Below, in pieces: positions 12,376-25,978 of a stretch of DNA of 64,000 bases. Location of the stretch: the NCBI RefSeq assembly GCF_006345805.1, contig NC_042998.1, forward strand, positions 35,588,001 through 35,652,000, given 5' to 3'. The number at the start of each line of letters is the position of its first letter. The first letter of the stretch is position 1. The notes under the pieces were generated by a model. The model ran no database searches. It was not told where the DNA came from and saw only the letters and a list, made by a program, of their open reading frames with translations. The stretch comes from Octopus sinensis. Its lineage: Eukaryota. A program made the position numbers and the translations under genes.

Positions 12376-15300
12376 AAAGTGCCATAGAACCAAGTGGTTG
12401 AGAACCAAAACTTCTTACCACACAGGAAGGCCTGTGCCTATGTTGAGATTAACCATTCTATAATGCTAACCATTACACACTTTCTCCCTGGAACACATGA
12501 CACCCATCACACTGTCTCTTGCCACCAATCATGCTACAAATAACTACCACTTACATAAGGGCTTACTCACTTTCTCCCACTCTCACCACCCCCACTACCA
12601 TCTGTAATTTCTTTCTCTCACTCCTACCCCCACCCCCACCACCTTCTGTAATTACTCTCTCTTGTGACACTCTCTCATCACAGTAGCCCTTTTGTCGCTT
12701 CTACCACACTGTCTCTCTCCCATTTCTCCCTCCTTCCACACAGTCACCCCAAACACTATCTGTCCCCTCATACTCTCTCTTCTTTCTACACCCCCACCCC
12801 ACTTCGGTTCATCTTCTGTAGTCACCCACTCTCCATACCAATTTCTTAGTCATGTTGCTCCAAATTGACACAATTTGTTTTGCAGGGTACAAAGTAACTT
12901 TAGCAGTGCAGAGGATAAAACGCACTCAATACCCTCCATAAAGTAATCAGCAAGCAAGCAGAGAGGTTGTTTGTTCCTTCTCAAGCCATGCCTGGCTCAT
13001 AAGGGCCAGTTTCCTAGTTTCCTTGGCTTATAGGTTCCCCACCTGAACGGGACACCAGTCCGTCGCAGGTGTGCTGCAAGATGCAGGAAGAAAGAGTGAG
13101 AGAAAGTTGTGGCGAAAGAGTCAGCAGAAGTTCGCCATTACCTTCTGCTGGAGCAATGTGGAGCTTAGGTGTTTCGCTTATAAACACACACATTGCCCGG
13201 TCTGAGATTCGAACCCGCGATCCCTTGACCGCGAGTCTGCTGCTCTAACCACTAGGCCATGTGCCTCCACAGAGTACAGTGGGGGTTCATCCCCCCACCG
13301 CCAGAGCCTTGTGGGGCTTAGGTGTTTTTGCTCAATAAACACTCACAATGCCCAGTCTGGGTATTGAAACCGCGGTCTTACAACTGCGAGTCTGTTGCCC
13401 TAACCATTGGGCCTCCACAGAGAGGTTGAGAGGACCTATTGATCCTGTCTTGTTAAAAACACAACCACCTCTCTAGTGTTGGTGCCATGGTCAAATATAC
13501 TTGGTAGACTCTAATCCTTTAGCATTCGGATTATTCTTGTAGCTTCAAGACTTCAATGGTGTATTTGTATATTTTTAGAATGACATTGTAGAGTAGGTGT
13601 GAGAGGTGGGACCTGGTCAGTTTTAACACAAAACAGGGAGAATATGGCTGGATACAGCCAGATTAAATGCTAAAGGGGTTGATACGAAGAAGGATAATGA
13701 GGCACAGGAATTATATCACATCATTATCATCATTGTTTAACGTCTGCTTTCCATGTTGGTATTGGTTGGATGATTTGGTTGAAAACTATAAAGCTAGGGA
13801 ACTGCATCAGATTCCAATCCAATTTGGCAAGGTTTACCAATTTGGCAATGAAGCATAAATAAAACATGGCCCTCCAACACATGTAGGAGAGCAGAAATTC
13901 CATATAAGAACTGACTTGGGCCAGGACAATCCATCCTGTTCATGCCAGAATGGAAAGCAGACGTCAAAAAATGATGATAATGATTTCAAATAATACATTA
14001 TGAAACAGGGTTTCAAATTTTCATATGTCAAGAAATGACAGCTGCATTCTAATAATAATAATAATAATGAAATTATTGTATACAGTGCTCAGGTGCACCA
14101 CAACTTGTCAAAAAGTGCGTATAAAGTATATGCAGTAATGTACAAATGTCTGGGAAGTGAACAGTGTATCTTTATTGACCTGAAAACAAATGTTTATGAT
14201 TTATGGGGGGATTATTTGGGGCAAGTCAAATAAGCAGAACCTACTCGTCTGTAAACTACACTTATCAAAGGATTTAAAGTCAGAATTTGAAGCTAAAAAG
14301 ACCCCAGTCAGTTTTATTAGGCTTAGGGGAAGGTACAAAACAGAATTTATTCATATTCCATATTTTTCAGCCTTGGGTAAACATTGATTGAGTAGACATA
14401 TAATTAAAAGTTTGTTAGTAATAACGAGCCTGTTTAGTATTTTAGGCATTGTATACCTAGGACTATCTTTTATTTTTTACTTGTTTCAGTTATTAGACTG
14501 TGACCATGCTGGGGCACCGCCTTGAAAAATTTTAGTCAGACAAATCGACCCTGATGTAAGCAGACCAACATTGGTTGTCAAGTGGTGGAGGGGAAGGAGG
14601 GACAAACAGACAGACACATTCTTTTCTTCTTTTACTTGTTTCAGGCATTTAACTGCGGCCATGCTGCAGCATGACCTTGAAGGGTTTCAGTCGAACAAAT
14701 CGACATCAGGACATTTTCTTTTTTCAATGCCTTGTACTTATTCTATCAGTCTCTTTTGCCAAATTGCTAAGTTATGGGAACGTAAACACACCAACACCAG
14801 CCGTCAAGTGGTGAATGGGTGGAGGGGAAACCACAGACACAAAGACACGCACACACACACACATCCATTCAGTCCATTCTGTAAAATGGTTGGTGCTAGG
14901 AAGGGCATCCAACTGTATAAACCCTGCTAAAACAGACCCAGAAGTCTGGTGCAGTCTTCTTGCCCAGCCAGCTCCAGTTAAACCATCCAACCCATGACAG
15001 CATGGAAAATAGATGTTAAATGATGATGATGATGATATATTGAGATTAAATAATTTGGTCATTTACAAGCGGAAACAACGGAAGTCTTTTCCAAATATGA
15101 TGATTCTGTTCCATCACACATTCTGTGGCAAAAGGCAGAATTTATTCAAGCATGATTTCATGTTTAATCACATGAGGAACTGATTTGACCTCAAAGACAA
15201 TAAACTAGTTTCCGCACTTCAGAAGGCACAACTATTTTGATTCTAAAATTCCCAAGATGGACAATGTTCCAAGTTCAACAATTAAGTATTAATTAAACAA

Positions 15301-18300
15301 AACATGCTGGCAAACTAAAGATAAAACAATTAATCTCCCAAGATCAATATTTCCTTTAAGCTATATATCCTCCTCCTCATTATCATCATCATTTAACGTC
15401 TGTTGTCCATGCTGGCATGAGTTGGACAGTTTGACCTGGCCGGGCAAGCTGGAAGGCTGTACCAGACTCCAGTCTGATTTGGCATGGTTTTCTATGGCTG
15501 GATGCCCATCCTAATGCCAACCACTCTGAGAGTGTATTGGATGCTTTTATGTGCCACTAGCATAGGTGCCATTTTCGTGACACCAGGGTGCATTTATGTG
15601 CCACCAGCACGGTTGCCAATTTGTGTGACACGGGTATCTGCCACAACTCTGATTTTGCCTCTGTGAGGCCCAACACTTGAGAGGAATGTGTCTAAATCAG
15701 TGGTTATCAAGGTTCCACGTAAAAAGCACTGATGCTGGTGCCACATACAAAGCATTGGTAACGGTGCCATGTATAAAACACCCTGTACACTCTACAAAGT
15801 GGATAACATTAGGAAGGGCATCCAGTCGTAGAAACCTTGCCAAAATAGACAATTGGAACCTGGTGAGGCTCTTGACCTAGCCAGCTTCAGCCAAACCATC
15901 CAACCCATGCCAGCATGGAAAACGGATGTTGAACGAAGATAATGATGACAACGATGATGATGATAATATTCACAGAGTAGGGAGAAAATGGGTTTTAGAT
16001 ACACACAGTCAGGGTTACTATACTCACACACACTTGTTTAATTGAACTAAATTCACTAATCTAAGGAATGTGAACTTTATAATATATATAAGACAAGATT
16101 TTCGGCCTGACCTCCTAAGAATATACATTGATAAGATAAACCTAATTATTTCAGGTGTAACATAATTTTACGAAGCTTTTGTACCAACTGATCATAGAGA
16201 GATAGCTTTAATACAAAACATAAAACATAATTTCTTTCATGTTGTATAACTCATTATTATTATTATTATAATCCAAGAATGAATATATCTTTCTGTCAGG
16301 TCTCTTTTGCATGAATTCTAAGACTGGAAGGGATTCAAATCATTGAGTTTTGTTTTGCTTTGCTTTGCTTTGTTTTGTCTTTTGTTGTAAGAGTTTCTTT
16401 AAATACAATGAATAAATATATTTCTGTAAAACATCGTTCTTCAATTGTGTCTGGAGAGAGTCATTCTCTTTTAGTGCCTTATTATTTAAAGAAAAAGAAA
16501 TTATAAGTACAGACTACATGGTAAGACGTCTGCTTCCCAACCACATGGTTCCAGGTTCAATCCCACTGCATGGCACCTTGGGCAAGTGTCTTTTACTATA
16601 GCATTGGGCAGACCAGAGCCTTGTGAGTCGATTTGGCAGATGGAAACTGAAAGAAGCCAGTCATGTGTGTGTGGAGGCGCAATGGCCCAGTGGTTAGGGC
16701 TGTGGACTCGCGGTCATAGGTCATCATCGTCGTTGTTTAATGTCTGCTTTGCATGCTGGCATGGGTTGGACGGTTTGACTGAGGACTGGCAAGCCAGAAG
16801 GCTGCACCGAGCTCCAATCTAATCTGGCAAAGTTTCTACAGCTGGATGCCTTTCCTAATGCCAACCACCCCGAGAATGTAGTAGGTGCTTTTACATGCCA
16901 CCGGCATGAGGGCCAGTCAGGCAGTTCTGGCATCGACCATGCTCAAATGGTGCTTTTTATGTGCCACCTGCACAGGAGTCAGTCCAGCGGCACTGGCAAC
17001 AACCACACTTGAATGTCGTTTTACACGTGCCACCAGTACATGTGCCAGTAAGGTGACACTATCCATAATATGTTAGAACGGAGCCTTGTGACTCAGTCAT
17101 CCACCATTAACACTCTGTAATAAGTTGAGCATCCAAAACAGTTTTTACAAGGTGAGTAAGACAGTTTCTGGACCATTCTAGAAAGCAATCATATCACAGC
17201 TCCATGTTGATTTGTTGATCATGTGAAACTGACCGAATATCAGTACTTTTTAAGATATATTCTTTTATTCCTTTTTTTTTCTGTTTCAGTCATTTGACTG
17301 TGGCAATGCTGGAGCACCACCTTTAGTCGAGCAAATCAACTCCAGGACTTATTCTTTGTAAGCCTAGTACTTATTCTATCGGCCTCTTTTGCTGAATTGC
17401 TAGGTTACAGGGATGTAAACACACCAACATCAGTTGACGAGCAATGGTGGGGGGGACAAACACAGACACACAAACACACATACATATATATATACATATG
17501 ATGATGGGCTTCTTTCAGTTTCAGTTTCCGTCTACCAAATCCACTCACTTTGGTAAGCCCAAGGCTACAGCAGAAGACACTTGCCCAAGGTGCCACGCAA
17601 TGGGACTGAACCCAGAACCATGTGGTTGGTAAGCAAGCTACATAATACACAGCCACTCTTCCACCTATATCAGAGCTCTTTAAAATTAAAAATAAGAATG
17701 ATAAAAGAAACTTTACAAAAGCTTTAAATATGTAAGTCTTTATTCATCATCAAACTTAAAAAAAAAAACGTGATGAGGTCATTGAAATAAAATTTCTTAC
17801 AGCAAGTCACACGCTTCCATTCTTGCCATTCAGACAGTTCCGGACATTTATGCAGACAACTCCAGGTTCTCAGACAGACCCATTCTGAACATTCACACAA
17901 TGTCTGATAAGAGACTTCTACAGAAACGGTGCAATTTTCCTTCTCTTCCCATTCAGCAATTATTAATATCGTTCATCGTACATAGACATTATGTCTTTAC
18001 TTTTTTATTCTTTTATTTGTTTCAGTCATTTGACTGCGGCCATGCTGGAGCACCACCTTTTAGTCAAACAAATCGCCCCCCCCCCTGGAACTTATTCTTT
18101 GTAAGCTTAGTACTTATTCTATCGGTCTCTTTTGCCAAACTGCTAAGTTATAGGGACGTAAACACACCAGCATCGGTTGTCAAGCGATGGTAGATGGACA
18201 AACACAGACACAAATAACAAACACAGACAGACAGGCAGACAGGCAGGAAGACAGATAGGCAGGCAGGCAGGAAGACAGGCAGGCAGGCAAGCAGACAGGC

Positions 18301-20939
18301 AGGCAGATAAAGATAGAGTTATAGATATATATATATATATATATATGACGGGCTTCTTTCAGTTTCCGTCTACCAAATCCACTCACAAGGCTTTGGTCGG
18401 CCTGAGGCTATAGTAGAAGACACTTACCCAAGGTGCCATGCGGTGGGACTGAACCTGGGACCATGTGGTTGGTAAGCAAGCTTCTTATCTCACAGCCACT
18501 CCTGCGCCTATGTCTGGCAATAAATATTTCACTTAAATGTCTGTGAGTTTGCCTTAGTTATCATTCTCGCTGCCAACAATGACCCCCCCCCCATGTACAC
18601 TACACAATGTTAATACAGCCAACCACTTTGGCAATGGCAATGCATAGTTCTTGAGTATGTCTTCATTGGTCAGCTTAACTGCAGTAACAATCAGACATTG
18701 TGACAGTATCAAACATGAACATCATTTAACATCTGCTTTCCCTGCTGACATGGGTTGGACAGTTTGACGGGAGCTGATAAGACCAGTAGCTGCACCGGAC
18801 TCCAACTGTCTGCTTTGGAATGGTTTCTATGGTCGGATGCCCTCCCTAATGTCATCCACATTACAGAGTGTGTACTGGGTTGTTTTCATGTGGCACCAAC
18901 ACCAACAGGGTCACCAAGTACCTTGCAAAACAAAAAACCCTCACCTGGGAGGGGCAAGAAATATCAAGTGGGTAGGGCTTTGTGCTAGCTGAGAGATTTA
19001 AGGGATAGCGGAAACTGATATAAGTGTCATGCTGTAGAGTAGAAACATGGATGCCCCAGTTGGAAAACAAAGGAAATTGAATTGGAGAGTAAAAGATATT
19101 TAACTCTAGCTGGCTCAGACCACTGAGCTATAAATAGATACAATGATGTGGTTCACGTCATTCTCGTGATCTACAGGTGAAACATGTATTTGATATGCAT
19201 TTAAGGCTATGATAGACTGGTGTTCCTATGGAAAAAGAAAAGTTTCAGAACTACTTGAAGATCTCCAACTCAACAGAATTGCAATCTCTCCAGTTGATAA
19301 TGGAGAAAATGGAGTGGAAAATTAAGCTTAAGATAATTTCACATTCACTCTATGGCTTATCTTTTATTTGCTTCAGTCATTGGACTGTGGCCATGCTGGG
19401 GCACCACCTTGAAGAGTTTGTTCCAATGGTTCTCGACCAGGGTCCAATACAACCTTTAGAGATGCACATAACCCTTGAGAGTCTATATAAAATTTTGCTG
19501 TTAAAATTTATCAGCAACAAATTGGTTTATACAATAATCCCTCGCCATATCGCGGTTTATTATTTAAGCTTACATCGATCCCTCAGTGGTGTTGTTTTGC
19601 ATTTATAACAAAATAAATATGTACAAATTATTAAAACAATTTTAAAATAAATACAGTACAGTACTGTTTGTAATTTGCAGAATTTCACCTATCGCAGGAG
19701 GTTTTGGAATGTAATACCCACGACAGTCGAAGGTACTGTGTATATATATATATCATCATCATCATCATTTAACGTCCGTTTTCCATGCTAGCATGGGTTG
19801 GACGGTTTAACTGGGGTCTGGGAGGCCAGGAGGCTGCGCCAGGCTCCAGTCTGATCAGGCAGTGTTTCTACAGCTGGATGCCCTTCCTAATGCCAACCAC
19901 TCTGTGAGTGTAATGGGTGCATTTTACATGCCACTGGCACAAGTGTCAGGGGAGGCTGGCATGCCACTGGCACAGGGGCCAGAGGAGGCTGTGTATGTGT
20001 GTATATATATATATATATATTATATATATATATATACATATACACACACACACACATACACTGTAACCCCTCCAAGGGTTACAGTAGAAGACTCTTGCCC
20101 AAGGTGCCACACAGTGGGACTGAACCCAGAACCCTGTGACTGCGAAAAAATCTTCTTCCCACAGCCACACTTGTGCCCCAATGTATGTCTTATACAACGA
20201 TAAATGTCACAATAATTCCATATTTGTTGTTGGCATCATGTCAGATTGTCTGACAGCTGCCAGTAAAAGAAATAAACGCAAAGTTCATTTTAGGCATTTT
20301 TTTCTCTCATTTTACTGCTTTGTCCAGGGTGGAGGTCTGAGGTATCACCCCTGACCCCATTGTTTTTAAATAAGGTAATAAAAACAAATAGATATTTCTG
20401 TAAAAGCTGGTTCTTCAAAGAAAATTCCATAAAGATTTGTAAAAGAATAAATAACAATGTTTGCATAATTCATAAATTAAGAAATAGATGGAGGTGTGTA
20501 AGTGGGGTAAGAAGCTTGCTTCCCAACCACATGGTTCTGGGTTCAGTCCCACTCTGTGACATCTTGGGTAAGCATCTACTATAGCATCGGGCTGACCAAA
20601 GCCTTGAGTAGATTTGGTAGATGGAGAACTGAAAGAAGTTCCTCGTGTATGTGTGTGTGTGTGTGTGTGTGAGTGTGTGTGTGTGTGTTTATCCTCCACC
20701 ACTGCCTGACAACCAGTGTTGGTTTGTTTACATCCTTATAACCTAGCAGTTTGGTAAAAGAAACTGACGGAATAGGTGCTAGGCTTAAACAAAATGTACT
20801 AGGCTCAATTTATTGGACTAAAATTCTTCAAGGTGATGCCCCAGTATGGCCACAGAGCAATAACTGAAACACATAAAAGATAATACAGATATTTTTTCTA
20901 TAAAATGATGGCTTTCTTCATCACAAATAACTTTAATAC

Positions 20940-21655
20940 TGTTCTATATTTTTGAGATGAGGAATTATGTACATTATTTACCATGGTAGTAGAGGCGCAT
21001 GGCTTAGTGGTTAGGGTGTCAGCATCATGATCATAAGATTGTGGTTTTGATTCCTGGACCGGGCGATGCGTTGTGTTCTTGAACAAAACACTTCATTTCA
21101 CGTTGCTCCAGTCCACTCAGCTAGCAAAAATGAGTAATGCTGCGATGGACTGGCGTCTCGTCCAGCTGGGGAACACATACACCATTGAAACTGGGAAACC
21201 GGGCCCATGAGCCTGGCTAGGCTTTAAAAGGGCGCATTTATTTTTATTATTATTTACCATGGTAAATAATGGATAGGTGTTCTCATCTGGTTTGTTGTTA
21301 TCACAACATTTCGGCTGATCGAATCCAACCCCTTTATTTGACTAATGGGCTACTCTGTTCTCATTCCTAAGGTATTCTTGTTTAGCTTATGTTATTTTTG
21401 CTGTTGATATTATTCTTGAAGTCCTTGCCTGGAACTGAACTCAGAATCCGAGGGTGAGTAGCCCGCGTTCTTAAACATCAGCAACATACCTTAGGAATGA
21501 GAAAAGTGTACCCCATTAGTCGAATAAAGGGTTCGTTTCGAAATTCCACCCGAACGCCTGATGAAGGGTAGAGAGTACATCGGCCAAAACGTTGTGGTAA
21601 CAGCAAACAAGGTGAGAACACCTGCTGTCCATCTATGGTAAATAATGTACAAATA
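20940..21655 (-). mobile_element. Third, diverged copy of the same SINE with inverted tail extension; interrupted by another tRNA-SINE at 20989-21248
   Basis: Truncated head at 21420-21478, tail running to TGAGATGAGGAATTATGTACA, inverted arm at 21486-21655. The nested SINE is flanked by the 16-bp TSD ATTATTTACCATGGTA. Confidence 0.65.
21553..21598 (+). ncRNA. Degenerate hammerhead motif of the same family
   Basis: AACGC-CTGATGA-AGGGTAGAGAGTACATCGGCC-AAAAC-GTT-GTGGT. Confidence 0.55.
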
Positions 21656-21859
21656 ACTTTGACATGGTTGTGATGAGGCTGGAAGCAAACTAAAGACCAG
21701 CACTGGACAAATGGAAACATATGAAAGCATTCTAAGTCTCAATCAAAAGAAATTATCATTGCAAATACCTTTTCCCAAGGAAACCATTATCTTGTGCAGA
21801 TTATCAAAGTTCATGCTTATATTTTTGAGATGAGGAATTATGTACATCATTTACCATGC

Positions 21860-22115
21860 CGCCATTCTCTCCAACTACTTCCTTCTGGTCAATTCAACAT
21901 GTGCAACCATTAATCCAGATACATTTTTTTTTCTCTCTGTTTTTATTCTATTTTTATATCTTTCTCCACTCTCTCCATCTTTTCTCTCCTCATTGCTTTC
22001 TGATAAAGAGCCTATGCTCGAAACATCAAAGACTCTTCCATTTGTTCTGAGAAAATACACTTTGTTTGTTGTTTCTTCAACTATCTCTGTCGTTTGTACT
22101 TTTGAACCATATATA
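21860..22115 (+). mobile_element. Solo Penelope terminal-repeat fragment with decayed hammerhead
   Basis: CTTT-CTGATAA-AGAGCCTATGCTC-GAAAC-ATC-AAAGAC at about 21995-22035. Flanks resemble the reverse complement of 59150-59330. Confidence 0.6.
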
Positions 22116-22430
22116 AGCATCAGCCTTTTAAATGTCAGAATTTTGGTCTAATTGTCCAATTGATGCTAGCTTTCCATACCAACATTGGTTGGATGATCAG
22201 ATTGCATCCAATGAGTCAGAGAACAATGTCGTGCTCCAGTACCTCAGTTTCCACATGGTTTCTACAGATGGACGCCCTTCCTAATGCCACCCACTTTACA
22301 GAGTGCACTGGAGGAGATTATTCTACAGTGCCAGCACAAGAGAAGTTAATACAGTTCTATATTTAAGAGATGAGGAATTATGTACATGATTTACATTTGA
22401 TGAATATTTGTCCTCATCTTGTTTGTTGTT

Positions 22431-22476
22431 AACACAACATTTCAGCTGATATACCCCCTAGCCTTCATCAGGTGTC
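22431..22476 (-). ncRNA. Minimal type I hammerhead ribozyme motif with intact catalytic core
   Basis: GACAC-CTGATGA-A-GGCT(12-nt loop)AGCT-GAAAT-GTT-GTGTT: stem I GACAC/GTGTT, CUGAUGA core, stem II, GAAA, loopless stem III and a GUU cleavage triplet. Confidence 0.75.
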
Positions 22477-22899
22477 TTGAAGAAATTTCGAACCTAGGTC
22501 CTCATTCCTAAGGTATTTTTCAATATTATTATTATTGGCAGAAATGTTAGCACACTGGGTGAAATGCCTAGCAGTATTTCATCTGCCATTACGTTCTGAG
22601 TTCAAATTCCCCCAAGGTCGATTTTGCCTTTCATCCTTTCGGAGTCGATTAAATAAGTACCAGTTAATCACTGGGGTCGATGTAATCGACTTAATCCCCT
22701 TGTCTGTCCCCTCTATGTTTATCCTCCTGTGGGTAATAAAGAAATAAATTATTATTATTATTCAGGTCACTGCCTTGAATCAAACTCAGAATCTTGGAGT
22801 TAGTAGCCCATGCTCTTAGCCACTACGCCATATGCCATATACCATAATAATATCGAAAAATACATTAGTAATGAGAACCCAAGTTCGAAATTTCCCCAA

Positions 22900-22945
22900 G
22901 ACACCTGATGAAGGCTGGAGAGTATATCAGCCAAAACGTTGTGTT
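22900..22945 (+). ncRNA. Minimal type I hammerhead motif, G12->A decayed copy
   Basis: GACAC-CTGATGA-A-GGCTG(GAGAGTATAT)CAGCC-AAAAC-GTT-GTGTT. Stems are intact; GAAAC is changed to AAAAC at a CpG. Confidence 0.7.
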
Positions 22946-23989
22946 AACAACAAACAAGATGAGGACAAATATCCGTCAAATGTAAATAATGTGCAAGTGA
23001 AGTTGTCTTACAGCTCATATAACAAACACAGCCCCTTGCTTGAGAGCAGGGGGACAGAAGACAGAGGGGTTGCATTAACCTATCAAATGCCAAATCTTTT
23101 TGTCAGTATTTTTTGGCTTCGCCAGGTGTCTTAAAAGTTAAAATAATGTATAGTATTTAAATTTTCTTCATATGTGAATTATTTTGGAAATTATGATAAA
23201 TTTTTCGAAAAGTTCCAAATGGGGATTGCTGAAAAAAAAGGATATTTATCCTTTTGTATTCAATTGCAATAATAAACATTTTAGTTTTTTTTTAAAGTAC
23301 AATACCAAATGCGAATGTGGAGGAAATATCAATGAATGATATAGATGGGAAATGAAGAAAAAAAAACGTTTTCAGGTCAATCAATATTTTTTGTAGTTCA
23401 AAAATTACAATTTATGACATAAAATGTCTAGAATTAACCAGAATGTCTAGAATTAACCAGAGCAAATAATGACAAATTTTAATTACTAAATATTGTTAAA
23501 CACACCTCTGCAAATGCAATGTCCATAATCAATTCACTTTAAATACAACGACCAACCGGCAGTGAGACTGTTTTTAGCAGATCCCCAAATGGGGCTCATG
23601 GCAGGCAATGGGTTAAACAATATGTTGAACGGTTAGGGTATGATGAGAGGATTAAGGACAGGTTTGCTGTGGAACAGATTAATGGCTACTTCACATTTTA
23701 CATGGATATGTTGGGGGAGGACGGTTGGAGTGGTGACACAAAGAGGGACAAATCTGGTGATGATGAAGAGCCAGAACATAATGACAAGATGACAAACCCA
23801 AGAAAGTGAAGAGAAGAGAGTAAGGGAGCAGAAGAATCAGCCAAAGTGGGAGAGGTTACGAGAGTGTGTGGGAGAGGGTGTGAGAGACAAATATGAGTGT
23901 AGGGAGGAGGTGATCAGATGAGAAGGAGGAGGTGAATAATGAAGAGGGAAAGGGGTAATTCATGGTAAATATGGGTGTACACTGACACT

Positions 23990-24240
23990 GCACATGCAGA
24001 ACAGCATGTTTGCTTCGGTCCTTTGTACTTTTCACAAACCCTCTTCAAGTGTGACACACATCTCTCTGTCATGTAACATTGTAGTTCACAGACATCAGAC
24101 AAACTTTTACATCCTCCATCACTGCAAATTAGGTCACCTAGGTTACAGGGAATATGTACTGCCTCTGGGGACCATCTTCGGTAATTTAGAGCATCTGTTT
24201 CATGTGCACTCTTAAAGTTTATTGTCCCAACACTGTCAGC
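23990..24240 (-). pseudogene. RTE LINE C-terminal fragment
   Basis: With frameshifts reads VCVRTTMLHDRE...KVQRTEANMLFCMCSVSVH, homologous to the fragment at 35600-35750. Confidence 0.6.
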
Positions 24241-24279
24241 CACACCCAAAACCCTTTCCCTATCAACTTGCTCATTATT

Positions 24280-24755
24280 CCATTACCAACCCAGCTGAAA
24301 CCAACCCCAGCTCTGGAGTACAAATGTTTTGTTTTCATAAGTTTTTAATTTTAAAATCTTCCACCAAACCTTATATTTAAAATTAATTGAAAGAAACACT
24401 GAGCATCTCAATAGAAATATGGTAAAAAAAAGAATCTATAATAGAGAAACAATTCTTAACCCTTTCATTACAAACCTGCCTGAAACTGGTTCTAGCTCTG
24501 AGTACAAATGTCTTATTTTCATAAGTTCTGAATTAAAATCTTCCACCAAACCTTAGTCACAATTTATGTTCCTAACACTAGCTGAATGGTAACTAAGTTA
24601 TTTTACTAAATTCTTTGTTATATTTAAAATCAATTGAAAGAAACACAGAGCATCTCAATAGAAATATGGTAAAAAAAAAGAATCTATAATAGAGAAACAA
24701 TTCTTAACCCTTTCATTACCAACCTGGCTGAAACCAACCCTGGCTCTGAGTGCAA
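24280..24755 (+). mobile_element. Tandem and partial copies of the same MITE
   Basis: Same internal sequence; spacer AATCTATAATAGAGAAACAATTC. Confidence 0.8.
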
Positions 24756-24764
24756 TTCTTCATT

Positions 24765-24860
24765 TGTTATGACTGTTTTCAAAAAGTTCCTTTCTTCCTC
24801 AACAGAATCCAAGAGATCCAGCACAGCTGAAAGCCAATCTTCATTTTTGAGATGATCACA
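24765..24860 (-). pseudogene. Possible mariner transposase fragment
   Basis: DWLSAVLDLLDSVEEERNFLKTVITNEE resembles the mariner DLL....DPDFL.RIITGDE segment. Confidence 0.45.
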
Positions 24861-25136
24861 CCCTACCTCCAAGCACTGCTACAAACAACGAGAGGGAGTG
24901 AGACCATTATCACTCAGCGTGTGCATGCATGACAGAGTTCAAGGCCAATCTGTGCCAAACGGCTTCATTCTGCATACTTTAGCTCTGTTACCATAGCAGC
25001 AGTCTCAATACTTTTTGACCAGCCCTTCGGTAGGTTAAGAAGTACAAACAGGGAAATAGAATTCTATGTGCAAAGCATTATGGGTAATATATTTATTGTT
25101 TAGCTGTAAAGCTAAAAAATGTGGCTCAAGTGACTA

Positions 25137-25445
25137 TTTATCATCACCACCATCATCGTCATCACCATCATCCCCATCATCATCACCATCATCACCATTC
25201 ATCATCATCATCACCATCATCATCACCATCATCACTATCATCATCTCCATCATCACCACCAACACCATCATCATTGTCATCATGGTCGTCGTCATCTTCA
25301 TCACCACCACCAACATCACCAATGTCATCATCATCATCACCATCATCGTCATCTTCACCGTCATTGTCATCATCATCGTTGTCATCATCATCACCATCAT
25401 TGTCATCATCATCATCATCATCATCATCACTGTCATCACCCTCAT
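25137..25445. repeat. Long imperfect (CAT/CAC/CGT)n trinucleotide tract
   Basis: Directly visible; produces spurious His/Ser/Asp/Met-rich ORFs. Confidence 0.95.
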
Positions 25446-25934
25446 TTAATGTCCACTTTTCCATACTTGCATGGATTGGATAGGATTCATTGGGACGGAT
25501 ATTCCACTGCTGGATGCCCTTCCTATTTGCTGACTCTCACCTCTTTCCGGGTGAGGGTCAGCATCTCCCATAGCCAGCCATGTTTTTTCCATGGAAGACA
25601 ACAAACAAGCATTGCTTGTATGATGGTGATGCTTCTTGACAATCATTGGACGACATAATACCACTCACAGCTCAAAACTTCCACAGACCACAAATATAAA
25701 CACGGACACACAAAATATCTATCTTTTAACTTTTATTTTTTTTACTTGTCTCAGTCAATACATTGTGGTCATGCTGGGGCACCACCTCGAAGAATTTTAA
25801 TACATACTTTTTGTAAGCTTGGTACTTATTCTATCAGTCTCTATTTGTCAAACTGCTAAGTTACGGAGATGTAAACACGCCAACACCGGTCGCCAAGCAG
25901 TGTTGGGGGGGACAATCACAAACACAAAAGCAAA

Positions 25935-25978
<44 letters not shown>

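Larger units (their letters stand above)
22347..23010 (-). mobile_element. tRNA-headed SINE with hammerhead-bearing tail and a 5' inverted tail copy; another SINE is nested at about 22535-22748
   Basis: Head at 22836-22763 (GGCATATGGCGTAGTGGCTAAGAGC...GAGTTTGATTC, A/B boxes), then an (AAT)n linker and a ~170-nt tail. An inverted copy of the tail lies at about 22850-23005. Confidence 0.75.

Noticed and set aside
17801-17917. Possible minus-strand exon (EVSYQTLCECSEWVCLRTWSCLHKCPELSEWQEWKRVTC) with a good GTAAGA donor
   Set aside because: Only a faint resemblance to GSDME (..TCCK), and it cannot be phased into a consistent chain with other candidates. Needs RNA-seq.
19157-19225. Strong minus-strand acceptor followed by EHQSIIALNAYQIHVSPVD, loosely like the gasdermin TTIAYGVIELYV segment
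   Set aside because: It lacks the conserved IP motif, the boundary does not match expectation and the donor is weak.
22763-22836. tRNA gene
   Set aside because: It has A/B boxes but no acceptor stem or complete cloverleaf; it is a SINE head, as are the other tRNA-like segments in the window.
25066-25483. His/Ser/Asp/Met-rich ORFs in several frames
   Set aside because: Translation of a (CAT)n microsatellite.
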